A DNA stretch of 25,626 nt from Pseudobacteriovorax sp. (GCA_050293845.1 JBNKNM010000067.1:1-25626), one strand, 5' to 3'; numbered from the stretch's first letter, positions 8,182 to 19,339 are shown. A program made the numbers and translations. The notes: generated from the sequence alone by a model not told the origin.

Positions 8182-8474
8182 CTTGCGACTGATATTGTAT
8201 GGCTGAAGGCCATTTTACAGCTTATTGATAAATTAAAATTAAGGGAACCTAGATTTTGATATGGATCTGACTTTGCGTGAGTTTCGAAAAAATAAATCCT
8301 TTAAAGCAATATACGAACTATCATTTTAGGTGACCCTACTTCAGATGTCGTCACTACAGGATGCTTTCGACTGCAGTCCAGAGAGGGTGTCACTAAAAAG
8401 ATGTGAATCAGCCCTGTGGCAGGGCCTTTTTGAAAATTTTCCTGATAGATGCCGACGTTAGTCAAAAAAGAACG

Positions 8475-9746
8475 TCAATCCAAGAGATCTCGAACTTGAT
8501 TGGGGATGCGTCCCAGACGGCTGCGCTGCGGAAAAGTGCCGACAGGTATTTCAGCTACCTCATCTCCGGTTGCATATTCTATAACGGAAATGCTGTTATC
8601 ACCGCTTAGCGATACAAAACAATATTCGCCTTGGGGACTCGTTGTTGCCCAATAAGGAACCATACCTACATCGGTTACAGATTGGGTACTTAAGTCATCA
8701 GCATTTAGGATAGTCACAGTATTATCGATGGTTCCGCAATCACATAGCTTTTTACCATCGTGGGAAATGGCAAGACCATGATGGGCTGAGTCATGGGGAT
8801 ATTCATCAAAAGATGCGTATGTTTGTAAGGCAAACTCGCTCAAAGCTTGATCGCTGCGGGCAAGTTCCTGACGCTTTTCTAGATCGTATTTGACAACCCC
8901 ATTAAGGTAAGAAAGTTGTGTGTAGAGAATTTTATCATCAGCTGTAATCACATTGGGACGAATCCCCCAATCAAATTTCCAAGTATCAACAACTTCAAAA
9001 GTTGTAGCGTCTACTTTCACCAGCAAGCGATCACCTTTTTTGTCGTTATCTTCATAAGGTACCGAATTGTAACCCACATCACCGATACTGCTGTTATAAA
9101 TGTACTTGCCATTTGCTGAGTAATCATTCTGATGAGGGTAGGTTCCTGTGGGAAAGGAGCCTATCTCTTTACCGGTTTTAGCATCAAATACCTGCGCTAT
9201 ATTGGCTGATGTTGCCGATACCACTAAGCTGTTGCCGTCCTTTGAGATCGCAGCATGATCTGCTTTAAATCCAGCGACAAAAGTGCGCCATATCTGGGGG
9301 TGGTCAGGCTTTGTCAGGTCGTAAGCAGCGACATCACCTAGGTTGGAACGGGATACATAGAGGGTTTTTCCATCGGGTGAAAGGAAAAGATCATCGACAA
9401 AGCGATCGCCTTGAGAGGGTTCGAAATGATGTAATAGCTGTTTGTTTTTGACGATGTGATAAGCAATGGCGCGCACAGGATTCGCATAGATCAAAAATCC
9501 CATTAAGGCGCGGTCAGGGTATACATCAACAGTGCCTATATTTTGTAGAGTACGAGCATCGATAAAACTGACTGTTCCATCAACACTATTCCCTACAAGT
9601 AAGACATCGTGCATGTGTGATTCGTGCATGTTTGATGTTTGTGTAGTCGCCAAGGCCTCTTGATTCAGGGATGTGGCAGTAAGCCAATTGAAAAGAAATA
9701 AACCGGCTAGCGATATCATTAGCGTGTATCGCAACATTGCCCCCAT
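8475..9746 (-). CDS. YncE/YVTN-like beta-propeller exported protein
   Basis: Repeats such as LVGNSVDGTVSFID, LSPDGKTLYVS, ISKDGNSLVVS, ISHDGKKL and SLSGDNSISVI...IPVGTFP; signal/anchor; AGGAGG at 9753-9758 supports ATG at 9746. Confidence 0.82.
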   Translation of the reverse strand: MGAMLRYTLMISLAGLFLFNWLTATSLNQEALATTQTSNMHESHMHDVLLVGNSVDGTVSFIDARTLQNIGTVDVYPDRALMGFLIYANPVRAIAYHIVKNKQLLHHFEPSQGDRFVDDLFLSPDGKTLYVSRSNLGDVAAYDLTKPDHPQIWRTFVAGFKADHAAISKDGNSLVVSATSANIAQVFDAKTGKEIGSFPTGTYPHQNDYSANGKYIYNSSIGDVGYNSVPYEDNDKKGDRLLVKVDATTFEVVDTWKFDWGIRPNVITADDKILYTQLSYLNGVVKYDLEKRQELARSDQALSEFALQTYASFDEYPHDSAHHGLAISHDGKKLCDCGTIDNTVTILNADDLSTQSVTDVGMVPYWATTSPQGEYCFVSLSGDNSISVIEYATGDEVAEIPVGTFPQRSRLGRIPNQVRDLLD

Positions 9747-10246
9747 AATTATCCTCCTGTTACAGTGAGTATTGCTATGGAGAAAATATCTCATGGTTAG
9801 ACTTTCTTTCCAATTTATCTTTTTCTTACTATAAAGCTGGATTTACTTAAATCTGGATTTCATCAGCAGAGGGAAATAGAAGAAGGAGTTAGCTAAAGCA
9901 GTTACCATCCGCAAAGTAGGTCGAGAATTCTATATTTCAGCGCTAGGCGATTTTGGTAATAAATATAAGAACATTGTGAATCTAAATTCCAATATAATCG
10001 ATATGGTAGAGGATTAGATCAATTCTCAAAAGGCTGTTGCAAAAAGGCAGCGCTGGCTAATAATAGATTGGCCTCCATGGTCATGCCCTTCTGAAACTTT
10101 ATTACCAAAAGACAGCGAGGATGGGTAGGTAGCTCGATTGTAGAATGATACAATTCCCAAAGTTTGTTGTGCTTCCCCTAAAATTTTCTAGAGCCTTGTC
10201 GATCAGCTGAAAGACTTTGATCTGCCTTAATTGCTTGGTGTAACTG

Positions 10247-11848
10247 ATGCGCGAGCACGATCCCAAGATTGATATGAATGATTATACCAATAGACTGTCA
10301 ACGCATGGTATGCAAATCATTTCTCACGATTTCAGGTATTTATACTTGAATAAAAGACTCCTTAGCGAAATCAAAATGAAGTTAGAAGATTTAGTTGGCA
10401 GATCGATGGCTGAGGTGTTTCCTGGTATAGAAAATTCATTGATCTATACTGCCATTAAAGAGTGCTTTACTAGCAGAAAAAAAAGAAGCGTTATCAATGA
10501 GTTTACTTTTCCTGATGGCAAAACAAGCTACTATAAGCTGCAGTTGGAATACATAGAAAAATATAACACTGTATTTATAATTTCTCAGGATATTACCGAC
10601 GAGAAAAATGTAGAAATTCTGTTGGAAAAGACAAATGACAGACTTACCAATGAAGTCCATAAACAAACGCAAGAATTGCTAGCGATAAACCAAACCCTCA
10701 CCAAAGAGAAAGAAAGAGCTATTTTGGGCGAACGTGCCGCGTCTATCTTTTTAGCGAACATGTCTCACGAGATACGCAATCCTATGAACGGACTAATCGG
10801 TCTTTTGGATATACTCAAGGAAACTTCGCTTTCTGCAGAGCAGGAAAGATATATAGATTTATCACTGAGCAATGCGGAATACCTTATTAGTATTCTTAAT
10901 GATGTTCTAGATTTGTCAAAAATACAATCTGTTGGTGTAAACCTTCACCCAACTTCAGTTAAACTATCAGATGAATTGGTGAATATTGAAGCCGTGTTCG
11001 CAGCGCAAATTGAAAAAAAAGGGTTGCTGTTTCAGTGCAATATATCAGAGGACGTCCCTAATGTCATTCTCATTGATCAGGTTAGGATAAAGCAGATACT
11101 TTTCAATCTGATCGGTAACGCCATAAAATTTACAAATCAAGGTAAAGTCAGAGTTTCAGTTAAGCGCCATGAAAATTTCTTAACTATAAATGTCGAGGAC
11201 TCTGGACGAGGAATTCCTATTGATAAATTACAAACCATCTTTGAGCCTTTTGTGCAAGTCGATAATACTTTGGTACGTGTCGAAGGGGGCGCAGGATTAG
11301 GACTTTGTATCACAAAGCAACTTGTGGATGCTATGGGTGGGAATATTAAGGTGGAAAGCACGGAGCATGCAGGGAGTTTGTTTCACGTTTCCATACCGCT
11401 AGTCGTACCTGATATAAAAGCACATCGTTATTCATCCATAGATGAACACCAAAGCGCTCCGCAATTCACAATAAAAATCCTTATAGCTGAAGATAATGAG
11501 ATTAATATTGTCGTCCTAACAGAAATTTTAAATAAAATTGGTTGCAGCTATAAAGTAGCCAGAAATGGAGAAGAAGCGGTAGCGATTTTCCAAAAGGACG
11601 ATTTTGATTTAGGTCTTTTTGATCTTCATATGCCTCTAAAAGATGGTTTGACATCAGCAAAAGAAATCAGAGCCATAGAGAAGACTAAGGACTTTAGAAT
11701 GCCTATATTTCTGCTAACTGCAGATACTATTAATAGTTTGAAGCCACTGCCAGATGTAGATGGTGTATTAGTAAAACCAGTACGAAGAAACACACTTGTA
11801 GAGCTTATTAAAAAAATAGCATCGCGTTCATCTCAAGTAGTTGCCTGA
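10247..11848 (+). CDS. PAS-domain hybrid sensor histidine kinase/response regulator
   Basis: FLANMSHEIRNPMNG (H box), QILFNLIGNAIKFT (N box), DSGRGI, GAGLGL; receiver AEDN...FDLHMP...KP; N-terminal PAS; no TM segment seen. Confidence 0.95.
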   Translation: MREHDPKIDMNDYTNRLSTHGMQIISHDFRYLYLNKRLLSEIKMKLEDLVGRSMAEVFPGIENSLIYTAIKECFTSRKKRSVINEFTFPDGKTSYYKLQLEYIEKYNTVFIISQDITDEKNVEILLEKTNDRLTNEVHKQTQELLAINQTLTKEKERAILGERAASIFLANMSHEIRNPMNGLIGLLDILKETSLSAEQERYIDLSLSNAEYLISILNDVLDLSKIQSVGVNLHPTSVKLSDELVNIEAVFAAQIEKKGLLFQCNISEDVPNVILIDQVRIKQILFNLIGNAIKFTNQGKVRVSVKRHENFLTINVEDSGRGIPIDKLQTIFEPFVQVDNTLVRVEGGAGLGLCITKQLVDAMGGNIKVESTEHAGSLFHVSIPLVVPDIKAHRYSSIDEHQSAPQFTIKILIAEDNEINIVVLTEILNKIGCSYKVARNGEEAVAIFQKDDFDLGLFDLHMPLKDGLTSAKEIRAIEKTKDFRMPIFLLTADTINSLKPLPDVDGVLVKPVRRNTLVELIKKIASRSSQVVA

Positions 11849-12362
11849 ATACTCTCATATGAATTTTTTAAAGCATGGCTGATTTAGTCAAGTTTCTCGA
11901 GCTTTTAGGTTCGAAAAAAAGCTAACGAGTAAAATAGGACTAGTTGGAAACCTCGTAGGCATAAAATATTTTTTTAGAATTTAATGAATATCTACCATTA
12001 GGAATCATTATAAAGCGAAGTGTTGCGATATATTTTGAAACTAAAAAAGCTGCAAAACTATATTTAAAACTAACCAAAAGAATTGATCGGTATTAAGTTA
12101 ATAGAAATAATTGCAGCAGGATAGCGTTAAAAATAAATATACAGGAAATGCATGAGAATAATTTATTGTCATTTGAGGTACAACCTTTAATAAAGGGGAA
12201 TATGCGAATATTACTGATTATGCCGACTGAAATCGAAATTTCGCAGAGAATATGTGTTTCATTTTTATTGAAATCAGATGTAACCTTGCGCTAATGAAGT
12301 GGGTTGCATGCTGATAGACTAGTACAGCCCTTAAAGAGACATTCTTAATAATTAGGTGAAAG

Positions 12363-12992
12363 ATGAAGATTGTTCTAGGGACCATAGAAAGGGCATTTCA
12401 TTCCTTTATAAACAAGTCTGTTATGCTTATCGCATGGTTTTTTTTAAGCTGCAGTATTCATGTTGGAAATCCAAAAGATTCCGAAGGAAATCCTGATCAG
12501 AAATTAACGGCCGAAGTATCTCTTATGATATCGGGATATGGATTCGATAGTGACGAACGATTGGAACTCAATATTGATAGGATTATTTTTAAGTCAGCAG
12601 ATCATGCTTTAGATAATGAAATTAAAGGACAGCTCCACTATGATTTAAAGTTGATGAAAAGCAATGAATGGCAAACTTTTATAATAAACGACGAGTCGAT
12701 AGCTGCTTCTAAATATACTGAAATTGAAATCGTATTTAACGATTCCGAACATGGTTTCTTTTATAAAGATAACCAGCCTTATTCTATTTATTTTGAAAAT
12801 GGTTCTAATTCCTACTCTATCCCTGTAACTATTACGCTTGCTACTGTTGATAAGACTTTAATTGATTTATCGTTTAGCACGGAAAATTCTATTGAATCAA
12901 TCAAGTCGGATGGTAAAGTTACAGGTTATCTATTTAAAAATGCTTTTACGGTATACCAGAGAAACAGGAATCCCCTTAGAAAAAAACTCTGA
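12363..12992 (+). CDS. Hypothetical putative lipoprotein
   Basis: Hydrophobic stretch ending FFLSC followed by SIHVGNP; beta-rich body; AGGTG RBS. Confidence 0.6.
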   Translation: MKIVLGTIERAFHSFINKSVMLIAWFFLSCSIHVGNPKDSEGNPDQKLTAEVSLMISGYGFDSDERLELNIDRIIFKSADHALDNEIKGQLHYDLKLMKSNEWQTFIINDESIAASKYTEIEIVFNDSEHGFFYKDNQPYSIYFENGSNSYSIPVTITLATVDKTLIDLSFSTENSIESIKSDGKVTGYLFKNAFTVYQRNRNPLRKKL

Positions 12993-13111
12993 TCTAGGCT
13001 ATGGGAAAGTGAGATCTAAACGTTTGCAAATATATGTAATCATGATGATGAGATTCTTGCTTCCTCAGCTTGTGCCGCATATGATATGACTGTGGAATTA
13101 TGGGAGGAAGT

Positions 13112-14125
13112 ATGTTCACAAGATTGCTTGTATGTCTTTATATCTCGATTGTCATGATATCATGTCAAACAATTCAGAATGAGCGGAAAAGGCCAATTAG
13201 CAACTATAAGCCAAAAACCCGTGAGTATTTCATTGCTGCAGAGCCTGTTATTTGGGATTATGCACCAAGTGGTAAAAATCTCATTCACCAGAAGATGGGA
13301 TTGGGTGAGTGGGGAAAAAAGACAAAATATCATAAGGTCCGGTATATCGAATACACGGACAGTTCCTTTAAAACGCCGAAACCTCAAGAAGAGTACTTAG
13401 GAATTTTGGGTCCCATTATCAGAGCCGCTGTGGGTGATACCATTAAGGTTCATTTTAAAAACAGAGGCAAGAGAAGCTACAGTATTCATCCTCATGGGGT
13501 GTTTTATACGAAAGAGAATGAAGGAGCTAACTACAGCGGTAATAAAACGTTAGGGGGTTCTGTTCCTCCAGAGGGAACTTACACCTATACCTGGGAAGTC
13601 AATGAGCGAGCCGGACCAGGACCCCAGGATGGCAGTTCTGTGGTGTGGATGTATCATTCCCATGTGGATTCGGTAAGAGATATTTACGAAGGTTTGCTGG
13701 GTCCCATGATTGTAACAGCAGCAGAGTTTGCCACAGATGATGCGCGACCCAAAGATGTCGACCGAGAATTTGTGAACTTGTTTATGGTGAATAATGAGTC
13801 TCCGGATGATGAGGAAATTGAAGGGGACCTAATGCACAGCATAAACGGTTATATATTTGGGAATCTTCCGGGCTTAGTTATGAACAAAAATGAACGAATT
13901 CGCTGGTATCTAATAGGTATGGGAACTGAGGTTGATCTGCATACTGCTCACTGGCATGGTGAGACGGTGCTCCATCAAGGTCGCCGTAAGGATGTTGTGG
14001 AGCTGTTACCAGCATCATTAACCTATGCAGATATGATCGCTTCTAATCCTGGTAAATGGCTTTACCATTGTCATGTCACGGATCACATCACAGCAGGAAT
14101 GATTGCAACCTATCGAATTAGGTGA
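13112..14125 (+). CDS. Two-domain multicopper oxidase, ceruloplasmin/hephaestin-like, probable lipoprotein
   Basis: SIHPHG, WMYHSH, HTAHWHG and WLYHCHVTDHITAGM copper motifs; REYFIAAE..WDYAPSG and LGILGPIIRA..GD segments; lipobox-like MISC; GGAGG RBS before ATG 13112. Confidence 0.9.
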   Translation: MFTRLLVCLYISIVMISCQTIQNERKRPISNYKPKTREYFIAAEPVIWDYAPSGKNLIHQKMGLGEWGKKTKYHKVRYIEYTDSSFKTPKPQEEYLGILGPIIRAAVGDTIKVHFKNRGKRSYSIHPHGVFYTKENEGANYSGNKTLGGSVPPEGTYTYTWEVNERAGPGPQDGSSVVWMYHSHVDSVRDIYEGLLGPMIVTAAEFATDDARPKDVDREFVNLFMVNNESPDDEEIEGDLMHSINGYIFGNLPGLVMNKNERIRWYLIGMGTEVDLHTAHWHGETVLHQGRRKDVVELLPASLTYADMIASNPGKWLYHCHVTDHITAGMIATYRIR

Positions 14126-14416
14126 TGATCGGCATCATAGCTGACCTCCACTATGTTATATTTAGCTGAAGATTTTAATTAGCCATTGGCAACTAGGAAT
14201 GTTGCACAGGTTGTCAGCATGAACTTAATGTTTCATGGGGCATAATCAGTGAATCGTAATCGGGCGGTCCTCCTAAAATCTCTTACCTTTTTTAACTCGG
14301 CAAATGGGAGGCGCATCAACATAGCGATATGCACATTGCCGTGTTGGTATTAAAGGATCGTGCGCTTGCTGTGAGGTGGAGTATGAATCGCAAGTATAGG
14401 TACTCAGACTCCCATC

Positions 14417-14457
14417 AAAAAACCCAGCCTTCTGTAGCAAGACTGGGTTTGGTTTTT
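14417..14457. terminator. Intrinsic terminator downstream of acnA, likely bidirectional
   Basis: Stem AAACCCAGCCTT/AAGACTGGGTTT with T-rich tails on both strands, between convergent genes. Confidence 0.75.
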
Positions 14458-14495
14458 AGACGTTAAGCTCTGGAGCTTAGTACTAACTTGTAATC

Positions 14496-17180
14496 CTAGC
14501 GATTGAGCTTGCGCAGTACATACTGCAATATCCCACCATTATTGTAGTAGCTCAGTTCATCTTCAGTGTCCAAGCGGCACAGTAATTCTATCGTTTGGCT
14601 GCTACCATCTTCGTAGGTGATCTCACAGGTAACGGTTTCCCGAGGACTTAGCTCGTCGACACCACGAATAGTGAAGACCTCTGTACCTTTGATACCCAAG
14701 GATTCCCGGCTATCATCTCCCGTAAATTGCAGCGGTAAAACACCCATACCAATCAAGTTGGAACGGTGAATACGCTCGAAGCTTTCCACGATAACAGCAC
14801 GAACGCCGAGGAGGTTGGTGCCTTTAGCAGCCCAGTCCCGGGATGAACCTGTACCGTATTCTTTACCACCGACAACAACAAGGGGAGTATTGGTTTCCCT
14901 ATAAAGCATGGCGGCATCGTAAATGGACATCTGCTCGCCAGAGGGTTGATGTTTAGTAAATCCACCTTCGACACCTGGTACCATTTCATTGCGAATGCGA
15001 ATATTGGCAAAGGTGCCGCGCATCATCACCTCATGATTGCCGCGACGGGAGCCGTAGGAATTGAAATCTCGCTGCTCAACGCCATGATCGGTAAGGTATG
15101 AGCCGGCGGGACTGTCTGGTTTAATCGATCCTGCTGGAGAAATGTGATCTGTAGTCACACTATCGCCTAGGACCGCTAATGGTCGGGCGTTGATAATATC
15201 ATCCTGGCCAGATGCTTCTTGCGTCATGTTTTCGAAGAACGTGGGGTGACGCACATAGGTACTGCTAGCATTCCAGTCAAAGGTGAAGCTTTGCTCTGCT
15301 TCAATGGCTTGCCACTGTTCAGGTCCCGCAAAAACATTACCGTAACGATCTTTGAACATTTCGGGAGTCAGGGACTGGCTAAGAGCTTCTTTAATCTCAG
15401 CATTTGAGGGCCAAATATCCTTGAGATAAACTGGGTTTCCATCCTGATCATCGCCCAGGCTATCTTCGGCAACATTGATATGTAAGCTGCCTGCAATGGC
15501 ATAGGCGACAACAAGTGGGGGAGAGGCTAGGTAATTGGCCTTGATGTCTTGGCCGATGCGTCCCTCAAAATTGCGGTTACCGGAAAGTACGGAACAAACC
15601 ACAAGCTTTTCGTCATTGACAGCTTTAGAAATATTCTCAGGAAGACCTCCTGAATTACCAATGCATGTCGTACAACCATAACCCACAAGGTTAAAGCCCA
15701 TTTGGTCGAGGTATTCTTGCAAGCCTGCTTTTTCGAGGTAGTCGGTAACAACTTGAGAACCGGGGGCTAGAGAGGTTTTGACCCATGGCTTGGTAGTAAG
15801 GCCTTTTTCGACGGCTTTTTTGGCTACTAGACCTGCTGCCAATAATACCGATGGGTTTGAGGTATTGGTACAGCTGGTAATAGCGGCGATAGTGACATCA
15901 CCATGCTGAACTGTGAAGTTTTCGCCTTCCACGTTTACTTGGCGCTCAATTTCCCCATCATCAAATTCATAGACATTTTCTAGAAGGTCTCCAAAGGCTA
16001 CTGCGGCATCGGTAAGGTTAATACGGTCCTGAGGGCGTTTGGGGCCAGCAAGACTGGGTTCAATGTCGCCGAGGTCAATCTCAAGGATATCGGTGTAAAC
16101 GGGCTCAATAGCTGGGTTTCGCCACAAGCCCTGCGCTTTGGCATAAGCTTCTACTAATTTAACTTGATGCTCGTTGCGGCCAGTAAAAGTCAGATAGCGG
16201 ATCGTTTCTTCATCGATGGGAAAGAAACCGCAAGTGGCTCCATACTCAGGAGCCATATTTGCAATGGTGGCACGATTGGCTAGGTCGAGGTGATCAAGTC
16301 CTTCTCCGAAAAATTCTACAAATTTACCGACGACACCCTTTTCGCGCAGCTTTTCTACCACTGTAAGGACGAGATCTGTAGCCGTAAGTCCTTCTTTTAA
16401 GGAGCCGGTTAATTTGAAGCCGACCACCTCAGGGATTAGCATAGAAACCGGCTGACTCAACATGGCAGCCTCGGCTTCAATACCACCAACGCCCCAACCT
16501 AAAACGGAAAGACCGTTGATCATCGTAGTGTGGCTATCTGTTCCCACACAAGTGTCGGGAAAAATCCATGATTCACCATCAACTTCCTTGTGCCATACAA
16601 CTTGGGCTAAGTATTCAAGGTTTACTTGATGACAGATACCGGTTCCTGGGGGGACCACCCGAAAATTATCAAAAGACTCTTGGGCCCATTTAAGGAACTC
16701 GTAGCGCTCGGCATTTCTTTCAAACTCAAGATCAACGTTTCTGTTGAAGGAGTCAGGCTTGCCAAAATAGTCTACCATGACCGAGTGATCAATAACGAGG
16801 TCGCAGGGAGACAGGGGATTGATCTTTTTGGGGTCACCATCTAATGCGGTCATCGCTTGGCGCATTGCGGCCAAGTCTACCACTGCAGGGACACCAGTAA
16901 AGTCTTGCATCAACACCCGTGCCGGATGGTAAGCAATTTCGTGCGAAGATGTTCTGGCTTCCAGCCATGTGCCGAAAGCCGTGGCGTCTATATCCCGGAC
17001 AACGGTTCCATCCTCATGGCGTAGAATGTTTTCAAGCAGCACCTTTAAGGAAAGGGGAAGGCAGTCTATATTACCGACACCGTTATGCGCTGCGTCAGGA
17101 AGACTAAAGTAGTGGTATGTTTTTCCATCTACATCCAAGCTTCTTTTTGCCGAGAAGCTGTCGATTATACTATGTCCCAT
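14496..17180 (-). CDS. acnA: Aconitate hydratase A
   Basis: [56 protein letters not shown] and [13 protein letters not shown] motifs; 894 aa. Confidence 0.98.
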   Translation of the reverse strand: MGHSIIDSFSAKRSLDVDGKTYHYFSLPDAAHNGVGNIDCLPLSLKVLLENILRHEDGTVVRDIDATAFGTWLEARTSSHEIAYHPARVLMQDFTGVPAVVDLAAMRQAMTALDGDPKKINPLSPCDLVIDHSVMVDYFGKPDSFNRNVDLEFERNAERYEFLKWAQESFDNFRVVPPGTGICHQVNLEYLAQVVWHKEVDGESWIFPDTCVGTDSHTTMINGLSVLGWGVGGIEAEAAMLSQPVSMLIPEVVGFKLTGSLKEGLTATDLVLTVVEKLREKGVVGKFVEFFGEGLDHLDLANRATIANMAPEYGATCGFFPIDEETIRYLTFTGRNEHQVKLVEAYAKAQGLWRNPAIEPVYTDILEIDLGDIEPSLAGPKRPQDRINLTDAAVAFGDLLENVYEFDDGEIERQVNVEGENFTVQHGDVTIAAITSCTNTSNPSVLLAAGLVAKKAVEKGLTTKPWVKTSLAPGSQVVTDYLEKAGLQEYLDQMGFNLVGYGCTTCIGNSGGLPENISKAVNDEKLVVCSVLSGNRNFEGRIGQDIKANYLASPPLVVAYAIAGSLHINVAEDSLGDDQDGNPVYLKDIWPSNAEIKEALSQSLTPEMFKDRYGNVFAGPEQWQAIEAEQSFTFDWNASSTYVRHPTFFENMTQEASGQDDIINARPLAVLGDSVTTDHISPAGSIKPDSPAGSYLTDHGVEQRDFNSYGSRRGNHEVMMRGTFANIRIRNEMVPGVEGGFTKHQPSGEQMSIYDAAMLYRETNTPLVVVGGKEYGTGSSRDWAAKGTNLLGVRAVIVESFERIHRSNLIGMGVLPLQFTGDDSRESLGIKGTEVFTIRGVDELSPRETVTCEITYEDGSSQTIELLCRLDTEDELSYYNNGGILQYVLRKLNR

Positions 17181-17480
17181 GAAAACCTCATCTGTCCTTT
17201 AGTACCAAAACGATAAGGAAATCGTTTTGAGCGATTCTCAGAAACCAAGAATGTTATAGGATTGGTCAGAAATTTTAAACTATAATCCCAAAATTAATGT
17301 GGACGCCCGATTCTTAGGGAGCCACTGTAACCAATGAGTTTTGAGCATCTAATTAATGGGGGGAGCTTTTTCTGGAAACTGCAGTGTCAGTATGGGTGAC
17401 TGCAGCGACTTGTGACTAGCTAAAAGTGAAGATAATCAATACTATAACAAAAACGTAGGTTGATTCCATCAGGAGGAAAT

Positions 17481-18635
17481 ATGAAGTCGGAGTCCATTCT
17501 AGATGTTAGTAAAGCAGTCAAGGAACGTTACAGTGAGGCAGCCAAGAGCCAGGTGGCAGCTTTATGCTGTCCTGTTGACTACAATAAGGAATACCTCAAG
17601 GTGATTCCAGAAGAAGTCATTGAGCGCGATTATGGATGTGGTGACCCTTCTGCTTATGTAAGAAAAGGGGAGACAGTCCTAGACTTAGGAAGCGGTGGTG
17701 GCAAAATTTGCTTTATTGCCTCCCAAGTGGTGGGGGCTGAGGGCAAAGTTATTGGCGTAGATATAAACGATGACATGCTGCAGTTGGCGAAAAAGTCTGC
17801 CAAAATAGTTGGTGAATCAATCGGCTACCATAACATAGAATTTCGCCGTGGTAATATCCAGGATTTGCGTCTTGACCGCGATAGGGTCGACAACTATCTT
17901 CGGGAGTCCCCTATAAAGAACCATGAAGATCTTAGCAAGCTAGAACAGTATATGGAAGACCTGCGCAACCAGGAGCCGATGATTGCCTCAAATTCTGTAG
18001 ATGTTGTGGTTAGTAACTGCGTGCTGAATCTGGTAGCAACCGACGAAAAAGCCAAGTTACTTGCAGAAATTTTTCGAGTCCTAAAACGAGGAGGACGAGC
18101 AGTCATTTCCGATATTGTCTCCGATGAGTTTGTTCCTGAAGAGATGCGGGCTGACCCCGAGCTGTGGTCCGGTTGTATATCGGGAGCATTTCAGGAAATG
18201 GAGTTTCTTAAAGCTTTTGAAGAAGCTGGGTTTTATGGTGTGGAACTTGTTAAACGTGATGAGCAACCCTGGCAAACCGTAAATGGCATTGAGTTCCGTT
18301 CAGCGACAGTGATTGCCTATAAGGGTAAGCAAGGAGAGTGCTGGGATCACAATGAAGCTCTTGTTTATAAGGGACCCTTTAGTAGCGTAGCTGACGATGA
18401 TGGCCATGTGTTTCCTCGGGGCGAACGTGTAGCCGTTTGCAGGAAAACTTTTGATATCCTTACTAAGGAACCCTATAGCAGCCACTTTTATGAAATTAAA
18501 CCACGTGTTGAGGTCCCTGCAGGGGCTGTGCAAACTTTCCCTTGTGATGCCGCTACTATTATCAAAAGTCCGCGACAAACTAAAGGAGAAGATTACTCCG
18601 CTACAACGGACAAGTCCGAAAGCTCTTGCTGCTGA
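17481..18635 (+). CDS. arsM: ArsM-like arsenite S-adenosylmethionine methyltransferase
   Basis: LCCPVDY, DYGCGDP, VLDLGSGGG, SNCVLNL and WSGCISGA motifs, C-terminal CC; AGGAGG RBS before ATG 17481. Confidence 0.82.
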   Translation: MKSESILDVSKAVKERYSEAAKSQVAALCCPVDYNKEYLKVIPEEVIERDYGCGDPSAYVRKGETVLDLGSGGGKICFIASQVVGAEGKVIGVDINDDMLQLAKKSAKIVGESIGYHNIEFRRGNIQDLRLDRDRVDNYLRESPIKNHEDLSKLEQYMEDLRNQEPMIASNSVDVVVSNCVLNLVATDEKAKLLAEIFRVLKRGGRAVISDIVSDEFVPEEMRADPELWSGCISGAFQEMEFLKAFEEAGFYGVELVKRDEQPWQTVNGIEFRSATVIAYKGKQGECWDHNEALVYKGPFSSVADDDGHVFPRGERVAVCRKTFDILTKEPYSSHFYEIKPRVEVPAGAVQTFPCDAATIIKSPRQTKGEDYSATTDKSESSCC

Positions 18636-19339
18636 TGATACCAAAGCTTAGCGTAGTGGTGCCTGTAGCTCCTGGAGACCATACTTGGTTGCAGCTTCTG
18701 AACCTGCTAGACCATCTTACGATACCCTGTGAGTTGATATTGGCGGCTTGTTTTTCTGCGAGTCCCCAGGAAAAACAAGCCTATGAAACCTGTCGTGTAA
18801 GCTTGCCCTTTAAAGTCAGTTATTCTCCGCAAGGACGCGCTCGGCAACTGAACGAAGGCTTTCGCGTAAGTCGGGCACCATTAGTATGGTTTCTGCATGC
18901 TGATTCCAGAATGGAGTTGCCAACCCTCAGACGGTTGGAATATTTGGTGAGCAACTATACAGAGGGGCTGTATTATTTTGATTTACGCTTTAACAAAGAA
19001 AAGCTGTGGAACATGACCATTAATGAGTGGGGGGTGAAGCTACGATCCCGATTATTTAAGCTACCGTTTGGCGATCAGGGTTTTCTATTGACACGTAATA
19101 TGTTCTTAGATCTGGGCTGTTTTGATGAAAAGCTCTCCTATGGGGAAGATCATCTCTTGATTTGGCGCTGTCACCAAAAGCGCATTCCCGTGCGATTTGC
19201 GCAGGCATCGCTGATGACAAGCGCCAGGAAATATGAGCAGGGAGGCTGGTTTGCCACAACCAAGCGTCATGTGTACTTGACTTTTAAGCAGGCAGTTCCA
19301 GAATTTAAAAAACTAATGAGATCACGATGGAACGATTAG
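18635..19339 (+). CDS. GT2 glycosyltransferase, TIGR04283-like (arsenosugar-cluster associated)
   Basis: GRARQLNEG, FLHADS, LPFGDQG and TSARKY motifs; TGATG coupling with arsM. Confidence 0.82.
   Translation: MIPKLSVVVPVAPGDHTWLQLLNLLDHLTIPCELILAACFSASPQEKQAYETCRVSLPFKVSYSPQGRARQLNEGFRVSRAPLVWFLHADSRMELPTLRRLEYLVSNYTEGLYYFDLRFNKEKLWNMTINEWGVKLRSRLFKLPFGDQGFLLTRNMFLDLGCFDEKLSYGEDHLLIWRCHQKRIPVRFAQASLMTSARKYEQGGWFATTKRHVYLTFKQAVPEFKKLMRSRWND

Noticed and set aside
8411..8431. GCCCTG-TGG-CAGGGC hairpin as terminator of the YncE-like gene
   Set aside because: The T tract is on the plus-strand side, the wrong orientation for this minus-strand gene, and the stem is short.
9880..10130. Protein-like plus-strand frame with an internal stop, and an IS-end-like GGCTGTTGCAAAA near 10032
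   Set aside because: No recognisable family, no partner repeat and no transposase motif; cannot be supported.
18627..18660. Selenocysteine readthrough of TGC-TGC-TGA-TGA at the end of arsM
   Set aside because: TGATG is ordinary stop/start coupling with the next gene; readthrough meets TAG within a few codons, and no convincing SECIS hairpin is visible.
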